A program made the position numbers and the translations under genes. A DNA stretch of 55,145 nt, the filler included, from Bipalium vagum (lineage: Eukaryota), in assembly GCA_037834085.1 (NCBI GenBank). It is 3 parts of 3 records of this genome, joined end to end, with 100 filler letters (N's around TTAATTAATTAA, not from the genome) between each part and the next. Parts side by side here need not be neighbours in the genome. Positions count along the whole stretch, not along the records: positions 34,099 to 55,145 come from JBBMKC010242390.1; 2 more parts are not named here. One strand, given 5' to 3'. Numbering within the stretch: position 1 is the stretch's first letter; each line of letters opens with the position of its first letter. This document shows, piece by piece, positions 53,201 through 55,145 of the stretch. Under the pieces are notes generated by a model. That model worked only from the letters and a program-made list of their open reading frames with translations, was not told the origin of the DNA and made no database searches.

Positions 53201-54656
53201 AAAATTTTAATAGATAAAACATTAATAATACAAAGCAATTATGACATGAATTGACAATCACTGAACATTTTCCTTACTAATTTTCTCTTTGAAATTCACG
53301 AGTGCTTCTTAAATAAATACCTTTTTTCTGAAACCACTCTGACAGGTAATCATAGCTTACCCAGTGGAATTGTTTTCGAAATTTTGTTAAGTTTAAATAA
53401 ACAAAAATTGAAGGTAAAATGCCACCCAATTCACTTAACGAGACCCTCGGTAATTTAGAATTTTACAACTCCTATACGTATTTGCCAGAGATCTTATGTG
53501 GTAACGTATTTGCTATTGGCACTCTGTCTTAAAACCACTTATATCAGAACTCCCACCAAGAGCACTTTCTAGAAATTATTATCACTGTTAAGGTATGCTA
53601 ACCAGTTTCAAGAATTGATTTCAATGACAACATTACCAAAATAAGATAATGATATACAGTTATCGTTCAGTGTGAATTTTTGAATCGAAATTTATAGAAA
53701 ATGATTTTTTTAACGACTTTTTTAAAAACTTTAACCCTTTGAAATTTAAATACCAAAACTTATTTATATAAGACAATTTGATTGATAACATTTAATCAAT
53801 TAAGAACATTTTAAATAATAGAAAATTGGAATATTATGTCGTATGATATCATCATTTTATTATTATTTTTATTTTTTTTATTTATTATTAATATTATTAT
53901 TATATTAACGTTCCTCTTAATATTATTATCATTATTTTTAATATTACTACATTAATCTTATTATTATTTTATTTTTAATATTGCTATTAATAAATTCAAT
54001 CGATATTGGCGTGACTTAATGTAATTGCATAATAATGTAATTAATGTAACTTTTTTTAAATATTGCTTTATAGGTTGTCGCCTTAGCCTATTGACATGAT
54101 GTATTGTTTGTTTTAATATGAAAATCATTAGTTTATTCCTTTTTCAGTTTACATTAATAATATAATTCAGAAAATCATCAAATATTATTTTCTTTTGGAA
54201 CTCGAACAGTTATAGTTTTAAAAATGATTTGAATCAATATATAATGAAAAACAAATAAGTATTTTGTCTTGGTAATTCAGTGACATAAAAACTTTTAAAA
54301 AGAAACTAATTCCAAAGATCATCAATCTTCATATTTGCTTTGAATAATCACCAAAAATTTTTACAAAGTATTGTAAAAAGACAGTTTCTGACTTTTTGAT
54401 TATTTACCTTTTTTTATATTAATAATTATTTTTATTAAACAAACTTAAAAAATAAAAAACAGCATGGAGAAGTTTAAATAAATATTAAAGGTAGATAGAT
54501 AATTAAAGTGCTTATCAAAGAAATTGATAAAATCAAAAATAAATTTACCAAGCTGACTATCCTTGATATTACTAATGGTTTTCTAAAATAATCTGCTAGA
54601 TTTACAGTGCCGCCAGCCAGGACTTCACCATAGACTTTTGGTTGACTATCAATCAT
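44420..54656 (-). CDS. SYNGR: Synaptogyrin (MARVEL tetraspan vesicle protein), complete, 244 aa
   Basis: Exons 54656-54549, 50658-50439, 50398-50247 and 44674-44420 join in phase: VYGEVLAGG..YFRKPLVISRIVSL|FLAIIVFS..GW..CLLN..SNCNF..GITSLL..ISSVETRKTIVISDIVLS|CLYTLLWFV..W..VAACFSIFSLAIW|VLLVLFSTRRFSLG..Y*. Confidence 0.93.
46932..47345 (-). mobile_element. Mariner 3' half with one TIR, in a synaptogyrin intron
   Basis: LLQDNARPH...EVLPHPAYSPDLSPTDYHLF (D34D), FYQKGIKQL; TIR TTAGGTTGTCCAGTATGAAATTGCGG after TA. Confidence 0.93.
49160..49750 (-). mobile_element. Heavily decayed mariner
   Basis: NWEILDQLRSSSDIVP*DFHLFCPMQSALSGKR...RGIHLLPER. Boundaries approximate. Confidence 0.7.
49830..50044 (+). 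mobile_element. Mariner 3' end fragment
   Basis: EKDQNFF...QWNKCVYVNGGYVEK* followed by a TIR-like ...TCAGCCTTATCACG-TA. Confidence 0.7.
50179..50226. repeat. (TAT)n microsatellite next to the synaptogyrin exon 3 donor
   Basis: Perfect trinucleotide run. Confidence 0.95.
51481..51560. mobile_element. 80-bp mariner-derived MITE
   Basis: Perfect 27-bp TIRs TCAGGTTGTGTAGTATGAAATTTGTAA, a 26-bp spacer, and TA on both sides. Confidence 0.93.
52030..52950 (-). mobile_element. Near full-length, heavily decayed mariner in synaptogyrin intron 1
   Basis: HCMLFLF, KLSVWVPYKLT, QWVNPNE, HGIVSWELL, WEVLPLPP and QRWSQ appear in order on the minus strand. Confidence 0.8.
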
Positions 54657-54904
54657 TATTAATTTGATTGTTTTTCAAACACCAATAAAAACTTATTTAA
54701 ATAAATGTCTTTGAATATATATTTATTATGAAACACTTTTGATACATTTAAAGTGTTATCAATTTTGGGTGAAAATAAATTTATTTCATTATATCAATTT
54801 TTATAAAATTATAATTAGAAGTACTTTTTTATTTTAAAATAAATAAAATTAAGACAAATTAATTTTTAAAATATTTTTATTAAAAATAAAAACTTTTATA
54901 GTTA

Positions 54905-55145
54905 CCGTAGATACTCGAATATAAGTCGACTTCGTGTATAAGTCTGTTCGTGAAATTCTGTGAAAAACCGTATGACTCTTATGTAAGTCGAGGTAAAAAT
55001 ATTAGTCTGGGTAGTTGTGTGCGACGTGATAAAAAAACTGAGAAATTTGAAATAAATTTATCATGCGCAGCACTGTGATGCTGAGAAAAACTGGAAAAAA
55101 ACGAAACATAAATGATAACCAGTATTCAATTATGAACACAACGTG
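54905..55145. mobile_element. Terminus of a Tc2/pogo-like DNA transposon running out of the window
   Basis: TA-CCGTAGATACTCGAATATAAGTCGA with repeated (G)TATAAGTC(G) subterminal motifs. Confidence 0.6.

Overview
AT-rich invertebrate (metazoan) genomic DNA in three contigs joined by two artificial 100-bp N/TTAATTAATTAA/N spacers (16899-16998, 33999-34098). Host genes were reconstructed by hand from splice sites and reading phase: the 3' 15 exons of a kinesin-3 KIF13B/Khc-73 ending in a CAP-Gly domain (+), a 5'-truncated PM20D2-like M20 amidohydrolase (+), a complete four-exon synaptogyrin (-), a three-exon orphan secreted-type protein (+), the probable 5' end of another gene with an 11-nt microexon, and low-confidence SLC22/MFS-like fragments (-). 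Introns and intergenic DNA carry many decayed Tc1/mariner elements (mariner DD34D, maT DD37D, rosa DD41D, pogo/Tigger, Tc2-like) and one perfect 80-bp MITE. Two things stand out. (1) A 114-bp mobile element family with three copies: TG...CA ends, exact 5-bp target-site duplications at two copies, and a tRNA-Ala-derived core with intact Pol III A/B boxes. Its anticodon arm carries a palindrome and its acceptor stem is extended by the element's own inverted repeats. (2) A decayed endogenous Polinton/Maverick (adintovirus-like) provirus at about 39.3-43.45 kb with integrase, gasdermin-like, penton and pPolB remnants. All family assignments come from motif recognition by eye, not from database searches.
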